Positions 31,712 to 32,000 of a stretch of 32,000 nucleotides of DNA are shown here, one piece after another (position 1 is the stretch's first letter; every line of letters starts with the position of its first letter). The position numbers and the translations under genes are program-made. The stretch is taken from positions 215,400 to 247,399 of the forward strand of contig NZ_FUZT01000003.1 in the NCBI RefSeq assembly GCF_900167445.1, written 5' to 3'. The notes under the pieces were generated by a model, which had not been told where the DNA came from, made no database searches, and saw only the letters and a list, made by a program, of their open reading frames with translations. The DNA comes from Maledivibacter halophilus (GTDB taxonomy: Bacteria; Bacillota; Clostridia; Peptostreptococcales; Caminicellaceae).

Positions 31712-32000
31712 TTATTTGCTTTTTATGATAATTATTTTATCAGCCACAAAATCAAATATTTCACTTTTATCTTCCCCATAAACAAATACTTCATCATCTT
31801 CATCAAGATCTCTAAATCTTCTATCTCTCCCACTTACAGTCATTATATCTGCATCATCTGCCAAAACTGTATAATGTTCTGTTCCATTATTTTCTACAAC
31901 CTTTATAGTTATTGCATCAAAATCTTTGTGTATTTTAGTTATTACACCGTTCATACTGTTACTGATTTCAACTTTTTCTGCTTCTATATCAGTTACTAAC
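31712..32000 (-). CDS. C-terminal part of an unidentified protein, partial at the right edge
   Basis: The 80-aa track ORF has 15 further open codons upstream (LVTDIEAEKVEISNS-MNGVITKIHKDF...) up to the window edge, with no in-frame stop. Confidence 0.65.
   Translation of the reverse strand, partial: LVTDIEAEKVEISNSMNGVITKIHKDFDAITIKVVENNGTEHYTVLADDADIMTVSGRDRRFRDLDEDDEVFVYGEDKSEIFDFVADKIIIIKSK

Overview
The window is a Firmicutes/Clostridia-like chromosomal backbone segment, almost entirely transcribed from the minus strand. In minus-strand order it carries: a partial ORF at the right edge; kal and kce (lysine fermentation); a transaldolase/F6P aldolase; glpX; rho; rpmE; tdk; a DUF1385 gene; prmC; prfA; a giant 2004-aa SLH surface protein; a CPA2-type cation/proton antiporter; a ZIP transporter; tsaC/ywlC; an LMW phosphatase (ywlE-like); rpiB; upp; a dCMP deaminase; a TagO/WecA-like transferase; wecB/mnaA; and the start of an F-type ATP synthase operon (atpZ/Q-like, atpI, atpB, atpE1, atpE2, atpF, atpH, partial atpA). 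I saw no mobile-element ORF, CRISPR array, tRNA/rRNA or defense locus. The items most worth a second look are: (1) a fused double-hairpin c subunit with Na+-type signatures whose second hairpin has Glu replaced by Gln, next to a normal single-hairpin c subunit; (2) the giant multidomain surface protein and antiporter, bracketed by two related GGGGACGGTTCT palindromes; (3) a plus-strand secreted stalk-domain/transglutaminase-like protein in which Asn sits at the expected catalytic Cys position; (4) a rod-like structured RNA candidate followed by a terminator upstream of wecB. None of these is proven to be a new system.
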